Assembly (NCBI GenBank): GCA_051362555.1
Contig: CM120643.1
Coordinates: 23,998,848 to 24,062,847, forward strand
Direction: 5' to 3'
Source: Lingula anatina
Lineage: Eukaryota; Animalia; Brachiopoda
DNA: 64,000 bases
Shown here: positions 38,401 through 58,680 of the stretch, in pieces
Layout of the letters: the number at the start of each line of letters is the position of its first letter
Numbering within the stretch: the first letter of the stretch is position 1
The notes under the pieces: model-generated
What the model was told of the DNA's origin: nothing
Seen by the model: only the letters and a program-made list of their open reading frames with translations
Databases searched by the model: none
Translations under genes and position numbers: made by a program

Positions 38401-41252
38401 CGGTTTTCGAGTTACGCTGTATCAAAAAGTACATATTGGTGGTAAAAGCAAAATGTGCAGTACGGTAATGGATAATATATTTTGAACTCTGGAAAAATAA
38501 AACATAAGGCTTGGCAAAGCAGACAACTTGTGTTCAAAAATGACATTATTTCATCAAATTTGAACTTCTGAAACTTCAGAGCACCTCCTATTTCAAGAAT
38601 TTTGACCAAAATGACATTTTCTTTATTTTAATTAATTTTTTCTGTACGAAATTTAAGGCACATTATGGTAACTCCAAAATTATAACATCTAGTCCCTTAT
38701 ATCTCCAAAACTGGCAGAGATAGGTCCATAGTTACTATTGAAGTTGAATAGGAAGTCATATACTGGCAATCTTACTATGACCTTGAAATTGACCTTTGAC
38801 CTACTTTTCACCATGAACTGAACTTTGCAAATTTTTCTTCCCTTTTATCTCCAAAACTGGCAGAGATAGGTCCATAGTTACTATTGAACTTGAATAGGAA
38901 GTCATATACTGGCAATCTAAATGTGACCTTTAAATTGACCTTTGACCTACTTTACACCATGAACTGAATTTTGCAAATTTTGCTTTCCTTTTATCTCCAA
39001 AACTGGCAGAGATATGTCCGTAGTTACTATTGAACTTGAATAGGAAGTCATATACTGGCAATCTATATGTGACATTAAAATTGACCTTTGACCTACTTTT
39101 CACCATGAACTGAATTTTGCAAATTTTACTTTCCTTTTATCTCCAAAACTGGCTGAGATAGGTCCGTAGTTACTATTGAACTTGAATAGGAAGTCATATA
39201 CTGGCAATCTAAATGTGACCTTAAAATTGACCTTTGACCTACTTTTCACCATAAACTGAACTTTGCAAATTTTTCTTCCCTTTTATCTCCAAAACTGGCA
39301 GAGATAGGTCCGTAGTTACTATTGAAGTTGAATAGGAAGTCATATACTGGCAATCTAAATGTGACCTTAAAATTGACCTTTGACCTACTTTTCACCATAA
39401 ACTGAACTTTGCAAATTTTGCTTCCCTTTTATCTCCAAAACTGGCAGAGATAGGTCCATAGTTGCTATTGAACTTGAATAGGAAGTCATATACTGGCAAT
39501 CTAAATGTGACCTTGAAATTGACCTTTGACCTACTTTTCACCATGAACTGAACTTTGCAAACTTTTCTTCCCTTTTATCTCCAAAACTGGCTGAGATAGG
39601 TCCATAGTTACTATTGAACTTGAAAAGGAAGTCATATACTGGCAATCTAAATGTGACCTTAAAATTGACCTTTGACCTACTTTACACCATGAACTGAATT
39701 TTGCAAATTTTGCTTTCCTTTTATCTCCAAAACTGGCTGAGATAGGTCCGTAGTTACTATTGAACTTGAATAGGAAGTCATATACTGGCATTATAAATGT
39801 GACATTAAAATTGACCTTTGACCTACTTTTCACCATAAACTGAACTTTGCAAATTTTGCTTCCCTTTTATCTCCAAAACTGGCAGAGATAGGTCCATAGT
39901 TACTATTGAACTTGAATAGAAAGTCATATACTGGCAATCTAAATGTGACCTTGAAATTGACCTTTGACCTACTTTTCACCATGAACTGAATTTTGCAAAT
40001 TTTGCTTCCCTTTTATCTCCAAAACTGGCTGAGATAGGTCCATAGTTACTATTGAAGTTGAATAGAAAGTCCTATACTGGCAATCTAAGTGTGACCTTGA
40101 AATTGACCTTTGACCTACTTTTTATCATGAACTGAACTCTGCTAATTTCTTTCTCTTTTAACTTCAAACTTGACAGAGATAGGTCCATAGTTACTCTTGA
40201 ACTTGAATAGGAAGTCATATACTGGCAATTTACTGTGACCTTGAAATTGACCCTTGACCTACCTTACGAAGAACTTAAATTTGATTGTACCATATATATT
40301 TTTTGCAATAGTTTAAAAATTCTTGTTGATTGCATTTTTACAGCTTGTCAAGCACAAAACTGGCGGCTGTGTCCCTTATTTTGTGTATGTGGGGGTCTAT
40401 ACGAATGCGTTTGCTCCAGCTGGTGGTACAATATTTGGAGGCGGTATCGCCTCTCTGATCCTCTAGTTTTTCCAGAGTTCAAAATTTATTATCCATTACC
40501 GTACTGCACATTTTGCTTTTACCACCAATATGTACTTTTTGATACAGCGTAACTCGAAAACCGTATGGAATACAAAAAAACCGAGACCACCTCCAGTGTT
40601 GGGCTTTACATGCTCTACAAAATGCAAAAAAGAATGGGTCTCTAGCATTAACGGTTCCCGAATTAGAGACAGTTTTCAGTTTCGGTATCTTATGGCCGCT
40701 ACTCCCGTGAAAATGCACCGATTGACCCCAAATTCATGGAGATGAAAGATGACCTGAAGCGTAACACTTTCCAATAATATTATTGGTTAAGTCTGTGTAG
40801 TGTCTGAATAACAGGACAAAAAAAATTTTTTTCGTAAAAAATTTCATTTTTTTTTAAATTTTGGCCCATTTGACCTTGAAGTAAAGGTCAAAGGTCAAAT
40901 CCAAGGGTATATTTGAAATCTACACATATGACTTTTGGAAAGCCGTCTATAGAAATTTTTCCCATAACTCCTTCCGTAGGGTAGATAATTAGCATTTAAT
41001 TTTGCCATTTTTAGACAAGGGTGCATTGTAATGAGTGCCACACCCAGACCCCAATACCGACAAAGCCCAAATTTTACGTGGAACGAGTTGAGATTATAGG
41101 TGACTTAAATCCATGAGATGGGTACGGGGGCCCTTACCGTCTAGGAGGAGAAGCGGTAACGGTAGCCGTCCGGCGGAGCCGGCGGAGCCGGCGGAACGAT
41201 CCGGACGGGACCGAAACCATGTGTACCGCCAGCGCTAATGCTGGTGGTACAA
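35464..41252 (-). mobile_element. Helitron/Helentron-like satellite-carrying element (outer copy: 35464-37720 + 40467-41252)
   Basis: 5' end TTGTACCACCAGC at 41252; 3' subterminal inverted repeat, hairpin and CTAG at 35464; about 13 monomers of ~145 bp at 35660-37520. It is split by the inner copy at gccttatgtttta|tttttccagag. Confidence 0.85.
37721..40466 (+). mobile_element. Complete Helitron/Helentron-like satellite-carrying element (inner copy)
   Basis: TTGTACCACCAGC...GCTGGTGGTACAATATTTGGAGGCGGTATCGCCTCTCTGATCCTCTAG, with about 11 monomers at 38700-40270. A|T insertion with no target duplication. Confidence 0.85.
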
Positions 41253-42514
41253 TAATAAAGGGATGTTTCAGAAAATTGAAAATTATGTTGTACTCCATTT
41301 GATTTTTTTCTTCTTTTATCTTTCTTAAGATTTATTATCACTATATTTGGAATCTGCCGGCGAAATTTTCCACTTAGATAAGAAGAAATTACGTGATGAT
41401 TCTGTTATTCTTCCTGAACACAATGGCATGTACTTTCTTGAGCTCTGCGGTGTTGAAGATATATTTTAAAATTTTCAAAACATCCTTCCTTCCACTTGAA
41501 CTGGTTGCCTCTTTGTGTGCACCATGTAATCATCTTTCATTACAGACTTCTTGAAATAGACCAATTTCAAGCGTCTAACACAGTACGACAAAAAGTTTGT
41601 TGATGTAATACTGACAGAGGATATACCTTCAAGCTATTCTCTTTGTTCATTACAAATACAGTGGGGTTCCTTTTATTATGGTAAATTATAATGGTTTCAC
41701 ATTCAAACACAATAATTAAATCTGTTCAACTTTATTTCTGAAATCATATGAATGTACAAATAACTGACCAGCAGTTTTTGATGTGTTGATAACTTGGAAA
41801 TATAACCAAACCTAACAATTCCATGTTAATCGACTTTCCACCTGTGGTCTTTACCCCTTAATTTTTTATGTATTTTCGAGTTTAAGTTTTAAACCTGATT
41901 ATTATACCACCATGCATCGTTTACCTTACTTATTCTGCTGCCTCTAATATGTAAGAGGTTTGACGTAGTGAAGGCGTGAAGCCTACTCCTCCCAGTTGGC
42001 AGATTAAATGACAATCCATACCTTGGCCTAAAGTACACCCAGGAGAGCGGCTGTGCCTTGCTATCTGAGCCAGCAGACAGCAGCCTCTTATCAGGACCAC
42101 CCACAGAGAAAACCATGTGGACTGTTCTGACTACAAAATGATGATAAAATTACAATATATGGAAAATCTGTTTGATTAAAAAACATGGCTCAGAGAATGA
42201 GAATTCAAGAAAAGCTTATAAAATGGGTTTCTGAGTTAAATCAGTGAAAGACAATACCCATCTCAGGAAATAAAAATTCACAAGGAAACTGTGATTCACT
42301 CCAGCTGTGGCTGATACAGCATATTTATGAATGGTTTCTTTATCTGTGTGAGAGTAGAAGGCGCTCTCGGTCCAAGACAAACATCCAGCTTAACACCAGC
42401 ACCTTTTGACAAAAAATAAAAGTAACTGTTGGAAAGTAATTGTAAAAAAATTAAGAGTATTTGGTCTTGGATTAGCGGTGAGAAAAAAATATTTTTACTG
42501 ATTAAAGTAATCAT

Positions 42515-48633
<6,119 letters not shown>

Positions 48634-48790
48634 GCTGCAGCCGGTTGTGAAATACGTCACGTACACAAAAACTGATACGTCACAAATATTGGGTTAAAAA
48701 ATATGGCAGCTCACTGTTGACCAATGTCCGGTGGGATTATTCAGAGAATTTACTGCCAACGCAGAGAACTTTAGAAAATGTAAGTCTTTG
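48634..48790. promoter_or_regulatory. Compact bidirectional promoter EXOSC7 / ZDHHC3-like
   Basis: EXOSC7 ATG at 48633 (minus). Two TACGTCA (CRE-like) sites at 48653 and 48676, a YY1-like AAATATGGC at ~48699, and a plus-strand donor GTAAGT at 48780 (probable non-coding exon 1 of the ZDHHC gene). Confidence 0.65.
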
Positions 48791-49587
48791 TGAATAGAAT
48801 ATAGAACCTGGATATCTTTGTAACACCACAGTTTTATGATTAAATGCCACCGGAACCAGTTTTTATTACCGGCGTGTGTTTGTTGTGTCGTGACTTTTTA
48901 GTTTGTTGACTTGTCGTCTCGACTCTGTTGACCATCAGTGGTCGAGGATCTTATATATGTAGATCTAGTATCATAATAACTGTGCTATGAAACATTTATT
49001 GTTTAGCCTTAAACACATTTGCAATAAATTGTTTTATCTGTCCAACCTTTCGTTACCAAAATGATTATTTTGTGAGTAAATTCTCTCATTTTCCACTGTA
49101 AATTTATTTTATTTGTAATGAGGAAGTGCGATTAAAGTTATATTATACAGCGGCGCAACAATTAAAAAGAGGGATGCCATTAAATTATGATTTGACATGT
49201 GTGTGCTGTTACATCCCAAATTAAAGGAACTACAGTTATAAAACAACCTCATGGCAGTGAATGATTTTATATTAAGGCTTTAAACATCACATAGGCTGGT
49301 GTAAGTTTCCTCCTAAAAACAGGCAGGCATGCATGCATAAGCAAACTGTATTTCAGATCAATTTATTAAAGCAGTATATTCCAATTCCCCTATTTAAAAC
49401 AAATGATAACAGAAACTCTGTTTAATATTTATTTATGTGCATGTATTTGCAGTTGCTTATATAATAAACTACCACCGCTAATTCACAGCTTAATATTTTG
49501 TATAAGTATATTCCTAACCCATGAAGTCTCTTTTCAAAGAAAATGTAACTTTTTTTTTTCAAGAGCACAAGTACCACAGACTGCTTC

Positions 49588-49630
<43 letters not shown>

Positions 49631-49669
49631 TTTTTCAATCCTCACACCAGGGAACAGGTTGGTGGTGTA

Positions 49670-52647
49670 ATGATCAAGTCAGCAGGGCGGTACCCAGGCC
49701 ACCCAGACAAGTTACCGCAGGAGGACAACATCAAACACATTGACTGTGCACCATTCTGGAGAAAGTTTGGGATCAGGTGGCAGCAGTGTAACAGGTAAAA
49801 CATACTGTATTATAACAGCAAACTGTGTTCTGTATAATTATTTCCTTTTCATTCTTGTTATATTTTTTTATTAATATAACAGGAGAATAACTTAAAAGAA
49901 AGAAGTGAAAGAAAAAAACAATAATTTGATACTCTTTTAATAAAAATATACATCTATTTCCAGTGTATGGCTGGTGAAGGATATCTGTGGTATCATCTGT
50001 GCAGTCTTCACCTACGGTTTGATCACCTATGCTGAGTTTGTGGTCATGTGGATCCTGATCTTGCCCGACTTCTCCAAACATACCACCTACTATGCTGTGA
50101 ACTGCTGTATATTCCAAGGGCTGGCATTCCTGGCAGTGGCCTCACATGCTCGTGCAATGTTGACAGACCCAGTAAGTTGTGTGTGTGTTACTGTGTGTGC
50201 ATGTGTGTGTGTGTGTGTGTTTACATGTGTGTCTCTGTGTGTGAGAGAGGGAGAGAGAGAGAGAGTATTTTTGTATGAATATATGGATGAGTGGATGGAT
50301 GGAAAATATAGCAATGTGTGTGTGTGTGTCAGAAAATACTGACTTACACATAAAATACAGTAATGTTTTCAGTATCTCACCTGTCATGACACAAAATAAT
50401 TCATGCATTCTGGAATTAAAGGTATGAGTGACTATATATACTGCATGTACATGTTCATCTTATCTAGGGGGCTGTACCCAAAGGCAATGCTACAAAAGAA
50501 AATATAATGAAGCTGGGATTAAAAGAAGGTCAGATAGTGTACAGGTGTCCCAAGTGTATCAGTATCAAACCTGACAGGGCACACCACTGTAGGTGAGGAC
50601 ATCTAGTAGTAGTAGTGATCAAAACAACATACTGTGATTTCAGACAGAAAAAATATGATAAATGTTTCCATTGGAATTGGTGCTTGTATCACATATTCAT
50701 CACAGTTATTATTGTAATTTTATTTATTTATTTGACAAGAACTTTTAGACCAACTGCCATGGATGTCTTGAGTATCATCCAGGCTGTTAATTGATATTTT
50801 CTTCAGATTCTGATGTTGAAATTGCTTAACAAGATTTAACTACCACAAATAATGATGCATATGACCTACTAGTCGATATATATATATATGTTTTTGACAA
50901 TAAACTACTTTGTATTTCAGTGTTTGCCGCAGATGTATAAAAAAGATGGACCACCACTGCCCTTGGGTCAACAACTGTGTGGGAGAAAATAACCAAAAAT
51001 ATTTTGTACTTTTCACTGTTAGTATCAACAAATATAATATTATTGTAAGGTGGTTCAGTATCAGTTTGGTTGTTTCCTACATATATTTCATTCCATACAC
51101 ATTAATTTAGGTAGTAATAATGTAACGTCTAAAACCTTTTCAAAGTTGTGAAATTTTCTGCTATATACTCTTTCATTCCCTGCATATTTATATAGGTTAT
51201 ATGTACACAGAAATATACCAAGTTTGCCTCTGTGTTTCAGCTGTATATATGCCTCATATCCTGCCATGCACTGTACATGGCAATCTATCACTTCATCTCT
51301 TGTATAGGCCAGGATTGGAAAGGTGAGCATGAAGGTGAGACCAGTCTGCAGTTAACACACCTGTACAGTCAGTCTAATTTTAAAACTAAATTGAATATGT
51401 TTGAATATGGTTGAATGGTATTGTAATGAAGAAAGGTAAATTTGGTATTATGGAAGTATGAAAATGAGAAAACTGGAAGATTTGTTATCCAGTGTAACCC
51501 TAAGTTTGTCACTGAGTAACATTTTGAGTTTGTTGAGGTTATTTGAAGTCATTTTCTTTTATCTGTGGACTTCACATAATTTTATTGACAAGGTTAGGAA
51601 AAATAGAACCTACAACAATACATTGAGCAGGGCAACTTAAAAAGTACAGAAAATTGGTGGAGACAACTGACACAAAATATTATGGAATTAATATGATGTT
51701 TCTTGCCATCCTTTCAGAATGTGGTCGTTACTCACCAGCAGCTCAGACAGTGTTTCTCATATTTCTCATATTTGAAGGTGTCTTATTTGGAATCTTCACA
51801 GCTATCATGTGTGGCACACAGATGGCAGCAGTGTGCTCAGATGAAACTGTAAGTTGTCAAGAAGAGCCAGCTTTGGGAAAATGATTTATTGTAGTATATT
51901 TTACTGCATTCCTTTTTCATATTGTTAAAATACTTCTTAACACACAGTTTATGTAAATGTTTAATGATGAATTTGTTTTGATATATAAATATTGGTGCAG
52001 ATGCCCCAAGGTGTATTTTATATTATGATTTTTTTATTCGTATGTTATGCAAAAGAGCATTTACACTAGACCTTACAATTAAAAGAAATGTTGTAACTGT
52101 CAAATTGGTTTCAAACTAACAAAAAGAGGGTGGCCCTGAGAAAATATCCAGTGACAGCATTTTATTGTGGTTTAGTTTTTGTATTTAAAAGAGTGTTGGC
52201 TTCATGTCCCAAAGAAATTTTTTAACATTTGTAAATATATTTAGGCAATATTTTCTGGATAAAGTTACAAGAGATGACTTCATATAAATAATTAATTGTA
52301 CAATAAACCCATGTATAGCACCTTAATTGGGACTGGATATTTTATTTGCCAAGTCCATTATATGCATTATCCATATTTTGTTGACTGATGTGATTGGAAT
52401 TTCCAGATCCAGTGTTATGCATTAGGGCCTGGTTTTGCAGTATTTAGCACTGAAAATATATATTAACCTGTGATTATTTTTATTCTAGGGTATTGAATCT
52501 TTAAAAAGGGAGGATGCAACCTGGGAGAAAAGGTCATGGTGGATGAATGTAAAATCTGTGTTTGGACACCCCTTCTCAATTAACTGGTTCTCACCATTCC
52601 ATACACCAGTGATAGGGAAACCACAGGCATACTTGTATACTGTATAA
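49670..52647 (+). CDS. ZDHHC3: DHHC palmitoyltransferase, ZDHHC3/7 (GODZ) type, 308 aa
   Basis: Exons 49670-49794, 49964-50171, 50468-50592, 50921-51017, 51241-51322, 51718-51848 and 52489-52647 total 927 nt. Motifs [64 protein letters not shown] and DETGIESLK. The start codon is less certain than the rest. Confidence 0.93.
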
Positions 52648-53023
52648 CAGAAAATGCCTCTGTTGTTGCCTCCAAGGATGTTTAAAACACCACAGGGGAC
52701 CTTGTCATCGCATTGCCTTGTAAAGAAAGTGTCTTGAATTGTGAGATGTTGTTCTTGAACCTAGAGTTGAAAGGAAGTGGTTTTACAGTTTCACATAGCA
52801 GAGATTGGGTAAAATTATTATCTTTCTAACCAGAAGAGAAGTTGAGTGATGTATGTTGAAAGGCAGTCATTTGGGACTTTAAATATTGTTTGACAAAGTG
52901 CACAATACTCTGTTGGTGCATTTCTCACAATACCTTGGTCGACTGGTAGATATATGCACATGTATCATGTCTTGAAGATATTTAAAACCTAGGTTTGTCA
53001 GGTTTCCATTTGACATTCAGCAG

Positions 53024-53071
<48 letters not shown>

Positions 53072-56000
53072 CCTTGCCCCTAATCCCCCTTTTCCCACTT
53101 CTCCCTCATCATAAAAATATAGCCACCAAAACAAGACAAAACCAAGTAATTTTTTCATCCTGTGGTCTTACATATTGAACTGGTTGAAAAATGTGCCCCT
53201 TTTAGTTGTTTTATATTTAACAAGTTAGGGGGGTCAATACCCTTGATCTGGCAGTGCACATTTATAATTAAGTACTGTCATATTTGAATATAGATGTGTG
53301 CATTACAGTAGCAACCAGACTGCCGCGATACTCTCAGATAACAAGGTGATAAAGTAACAAGGTGATAAAAGAGAGAGAAGACTTTCTTACAGTGGTCATT
53401 AAATGTCACAAGGGGTGTACTTATTTATGGGTAATAATATTCTGCAGTGTTTTTTTTGTGAATATGCCAGTGCTATGAAGAACATGACATGCATTTCGGG
53501 TTCACATCCGAAGCTTTTGACAAGGGCCCAAGACTTAATTGACAATTACAAATACTATAAAAATATTTACACAGGAGCAAAGTAGAGATCTAGCAAGAAA
53601 GTTATTTCTTTTGTATTGAAAATCAAGAGTAATATTTCTACTTTTACAATTATGAAATGTACAAGCGGTATACTTGTATATATACTGTATGCATGCATGT
53701 GTGAAAACATTTTTACCAAAGTTTGCATTTTTTTTTCATATAGCTGTTGTTTAGTAATGATATACGTAAAACCTTTACTTTCTTCAGAAACCGAACATTG
53801 CCGAACTAGTGGTACATATGCTCTCTAACATAAACTTCACGACAACAATTATATTGTAGGATGATAGTGAATATGTTGATTTTCTTGATGGCAATTTTTT
53901 TTTAATAAGTTTGTCATTTTATTTTAAGTTTCAACTGCTGATGAATCAGGATTGAAATTAGTACGTTGACAAATCTCTTTTTTATTTTGTTTTTCAAGTA
54001 ATATAAATAAAGATTATGTGATTAACTTTTTTGTTCCTGATTGCAGTAGGGACCATGAGCGATTATGTTGTATTCCATTTGTGTCTAGAATAATGATTTA
54101 TGAAATATGAAGTCTTTTGATAAACCTTTATGCAGTAATTAATATATGGAAATTGAAGACGTGGTCATGTTATAATAAGGCCTTTGCTGTTATAATTTTT
54201 ATAAAGAAAGTTTGTTGTATTTTTGTTGTCTGCTTATTTCTATGTCTATCACCCCGTGCTAAAATACTTTGGTCTCGCTTCATCGTTTGAAACTACCACT
54301 GTGCATGTACCTTGGCGTCAGGTCTAACTAAATATACATGTAGCCAGGCGCTTATGATGCAAATTTATTAAGTGGAGGTTATCATTTTAGAAAAAAAATC
54401 GCAGCGGGGATTCCCTCTTATATCGTCCTGTTTCTTGCGCTTATGACTGGCGTGGTTGAAAAAAGGAGGGCTTAAGCTCTTTGTGTGCTGACGATGCATG
54501 TGGCTTTCAAAATATTATATCACTGAAAATGTTTTGGGGCTTGCAGTTAAGCATCCGTTGCGATTTAGTTGGGAGTGTACTGGAAATTTGTCGAAAAGAA
54601 GTCTAAGGTTTAATTATCCAGGGGTACACGGTACTTTCCCGCCATTAACCAATCTTTAATCTTCCGTTCCCGGCCCTCGCCATCGCTCTGTAACATTTTT
54701 GGAAATTGCAATAAAATAAGAACTACGCTTAACAATTATTTAAAAATTTATCGTTCGTTCAGCACCCAATCGCTTAACTCTCTTCTAGAAAAATTAGTAT
54801 CTACAGGTACTGTGTGTGTGTGTGACAACATCAAGGGTAAAAAACTCAAAATGTCTCTCATTTGAGTGCTCACTTAATCCGTGCTAGAACTAAGATAGAA
54901 AGAATATAACAGTGATTACCGTAGACTTGCTTTACTGTTATATTATATAAGTGTAGTCAGTACCCCAAAAGAGGGTGTTTGCCTCACATTGCAGTATTGC
55001 TACAGTAGAATCTTGAAATACTCAACTGCTGCACTGGGTGGAGATTGCGCATGAATGATAAAGAAACTGTTGATAAATGTTGGTAAAGAAACAGCACTTG
55101 GATTCAATGTTTTATTCCTATTTCAATTTAATGGTTTAGTTCTAAATGACTGACCAGTCATTTAGAACGCCATGCCTTCCTGTACAATTTAAAATGCATA
55201 TAGGTACTTTATTTGAGAAGTTTTTTTAGTTTTTTTAAAGGTCTAAATCGGGAAAGGTCAGTAGCTTTGCAGGATATGAGGAAAATATAGAAAGCATGAC
55301 TCTCGCAATTTCCATATGTGTACATGTTCAGCGTACCTGTAAGTGCGCTCAAGTTTTGCTGAGCGATAACGCCTAGTTTACGGTACCCAGGCATTGTGAT
55401 AACTGGCGAATACGGAGACTATTTTATTTGCCAAACATAAAACCCACTTACAACAATCGCCAGCCCAATAAAACTCGTTAGATCAAAACCATTCAGGTCA
55501 GCGACGAGTCTCCGTAGTAGCACTTCTTCTAGTACATTATGTAGATCGCTCTATGTCTGCTCTACACACAGCATAAAGTGACGATCTTGGAAGTTCAATA
55601 AATACATCATACAGAAATCATCCCATTCCTTTCTATAACTTAGGGTGTTGTGCTAACAGATCGGTGGACTATAAACTAGGGAAAGGGTAAATAAAACGCG
55701 CAAAGACGATAATCTTGTTAACATGGGTTGGACATCGATCACAACCAGAGACACAGTAGTAAAGACAAGAGGCAATAACCAACAAAGCGTGAAGAATAGA
55801 TATAGTGTTCAAATATCGTGTACGGTTAGAAATCCTAATAATAAGTGAACAGAAATTAGATAACACTTGTAAAGAAGTTAAACTGAGGACAAGTTATTAT
55901 ATTTAACCTACATCTTGTCATTATCAACTGCTCGCATTCAACAGCCAGGCCCATTCTTGTGAGTTTTTCTTTCTTCCTTCCCTTTTTTTGTGTGTGTGTG

Positions 56001-56571
56001 TGTGTGTGTTTGTTTCCTCATTGTATGGGGGTCATCTTTCAAGAACATCTTGATTTTTTTCCGTTCGTAAAATACATATTATTAAGTATACTGTACACTG
56101 GCTTGTTTTAGTCGTTCAAGCGTGTGCGCAAACAGGGTACCGTTTGACTTTGCATCAGTCTCGTGCCTTCCATTATTTACATTTGATCTGTTTGTACACC
56201 TGATGGTCCAATGAAGTCGATGGTGTCTTCAGCTTTTTCATTCACTGTTGACTGAATGTTCCGCACTGAATGGTAACCCTCTTCACGCCAAGCACTGCGG
56301 TGTAGTGAATAAAATTTACCGGCAGTTGCACTTTTCACCGTTGTTAAACCCACACATTGGCCTGTCTCATATACACTCTCGGATATCGATTTCCTTCGTT
56401 TTCCGGATTTCGTTCCATTGTTAATATCGTGCTACACAACGGTCCTTACTTTATGTAAAGAACAAAGTTGTTGACAGTCGTGCTTTTAATTGTTGCATTA
56501 TTAAACTTAAAACAGTGAAGTTGTTGGATTGCAAATCCCAATGTGTTTTGCCGCGCAACACTTCCGTAACG

Positions 56572-56721
56572 CACCCTCTACCAGGGCGAGTGATAGATTT
56601 TTTACAGATATTCACAGATATGTTTCTAGATAGATAGATGGTCATTTTGGTTCTAAGTCACTTAGACTAAGATATCTGTGAATATCTGTAAAAGATCTAT
56701 CAGTCGCCCTGGTAGAGGGTA
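56572..56721. mobile_element. 150-bp MITE with ~49-bp TIRs and 9-10-bp target duplication (Mutator-like)
   Basis: TCCGTAACG at 56563-56571 and 56722-56730 flanks ACCCTCTACCAGGGCGA...TCGCCCTGGTAGAGGGT. Confidence 0.8.
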
Positions 56722-57462
56722 TCCGTAACGCACCATATTACCCGAAAATCACGCAAGCCACACTGGAATGACCCGAACTTCCAAGAACAAATTATGCAAA
56801 TATTTTTTGCACTGAGGAATCAACAGTAAGAAAAACACTCTAAAAGCGAATTGCATTAGTTACAAGTGATTGTCTCAGATAGTAGAAATGCATATAGTTA
56901 AGATACAACAGTTGCCAATTCGATGTTTTATTCATTTCTTACTTTTTTGTAAAACAGACGCTATGTTCTCTTCAGAAGAACTACGTTTGATACACTCAAA
57001 GTTACCTGAAATTGCCTATCTTTAAGTTTAAACCATTTTGTCCCAAAGTTTCATTAGTGAACTACATGCTGGGAGTGAGCAAATCTTGCGTTGCATTTAT
57101 CAAGTTTACCAGCAATTTGGCAAAAAGTAAAAACAGCGTATGGCGTTGGCTTGTCACGTGGAACATGATACAACACCGTGGAGTCAGTACCCCCTGTTAT
57201 AACACCTCCATGTATGAAACACAGCTTTATTAATCCTAGTGTATTCAGCTACAGGTGTTCGGTATATTAATATTGGCGTTTTATTTGGGCCGTATTAATA
57301 AAAGGCATGTGTTCTTACCATACCATTGAATTGTGTTCTGTTAATATCTCCATATCTCGCCTTCCCGCCGAGTTCTATTTTAGTATCTATTATCTCGCAA
57401 TTTCCCATATATACTGCTGCTTTGTGACCCATAATCATAGTCAGTACTTCCACCCCACACAC

Positions 57463-57517
<55 letters not shown>

Positions 57518-58464
57518 CATGTACAATCCTTCCTTTTTAAATCCCCCCTTGCCTGGAGAATTTTGTTTTTAACAATAAATGCACTTGTCGCTGTATGAGG
57601 TTTTTTGCCTAAATTGAATTAGGATAAACGCATTTATCAGACGCGCTTAAAATTCTATAAGCTATTTTTAAGGAAATAGAGCCACATTTTATCCCAGTAC
57701 CAAATGAAATACGAACTCATTAACGGATGAACATTAGCTTATCGACGTAAGAATAATCAAATCGGCAATATATTGGCATTTGAGTGGATAACTGCACCCA
57801 AAATACACCACATGCAATGAGATTTTGTACATCTTTTCATTGTACGATTGTGTAATTGCAATCTTTTATTCACAAATGACGAAATTATGTGTTGATCTTA
57901 TTGAGCGACAGCACGGCACATCGCTTGTGTCTGCAGTAGATTATTTATCTAATCTTCCGAGGTTTGTATTTGCTTGTCTGCTGGTGATTTTCAGATTACC
58001 TTAGGTTACATTTTACTGTGTTACATGTACTTGCAAGTGCAAGCACCTAATGCAGAAAACTTTTTTGTAAACTTAAGACCTATGTCAATTGAATATTAAT
58101 TTCACGATGTAACTCAGGGTGATAGTGCCTATGGCCAGATATCACTGTAAGGCCTTCCTTCAGGGTTTGATACAAGTGATAATCATTTCACTCCGACACG
58201 CACATATCTAATTTAAGTTCTATATCCTGGGGAGATTTGCATGGATTTGTCTGCAGATGCGCTGTTCGGCGCCATTTTCAGCACTGAACTTCTGGACACA
58301 GCTGTCTCTACATGAATCTGCAAACGGAACTTGCTGAAAAAGACGCCTTATGGATTTAAGACAAAAAGCCTTTAAAATTCCTAAACAGAATGATATTCAG
58401 TACATTTCGAATTGTTCCACCATTAACCTATATATGTACTAAAAGATCAGTAATCTTGGTCATA

Positions 58465-58680
58465 GGCTCTATTCCCATAGATTTTAGATCGATCTATCCC
58501 CGCGGGGAGTCTCACTAGATTACTTTCAGATAATCCGACTTAAATGTCCGTCCCGCCTACTACAAGCTGTAAAGGGGGTAATTGACTTTCGTGTCCGCCC
58601 GGCTGACAGCTATTTAGCGTGAACCCCCAGGGAGTTAGGTCGATCTAAAGTAGGTCGATCTAATCTATGGAAATGGGGTG
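58465..58680. mobile_element. Tourist/Harbinger-like MITE, uninterrupted copy
   Basis: ATA|GGCTCTATTCCCATAGA...TCTATGGAAATGGGGTG|ATA, with a 3-bp duplication. Homologous to 34011-35319. Confidence 0.75.

Noticed and set aside
35660-40270. Regular repeats resembling a CRISPR array, and the ORFs inside them
   Set aside because: Whole monomers repeat with no unique spacers, there are no cas genes, and the context is eukaryotic. The ORFs are satellite translations.
41889-42130. 75-aa ORF downstream of EXOSC7
   Set aside because: No recognisable homology; more likely 3' UTR or intergenic sequence.
53025-53069. 45-nt poly-T as the tail of a retrocopy
   Set aside because: No target-site duplication or recognisable retroelement body next to it.
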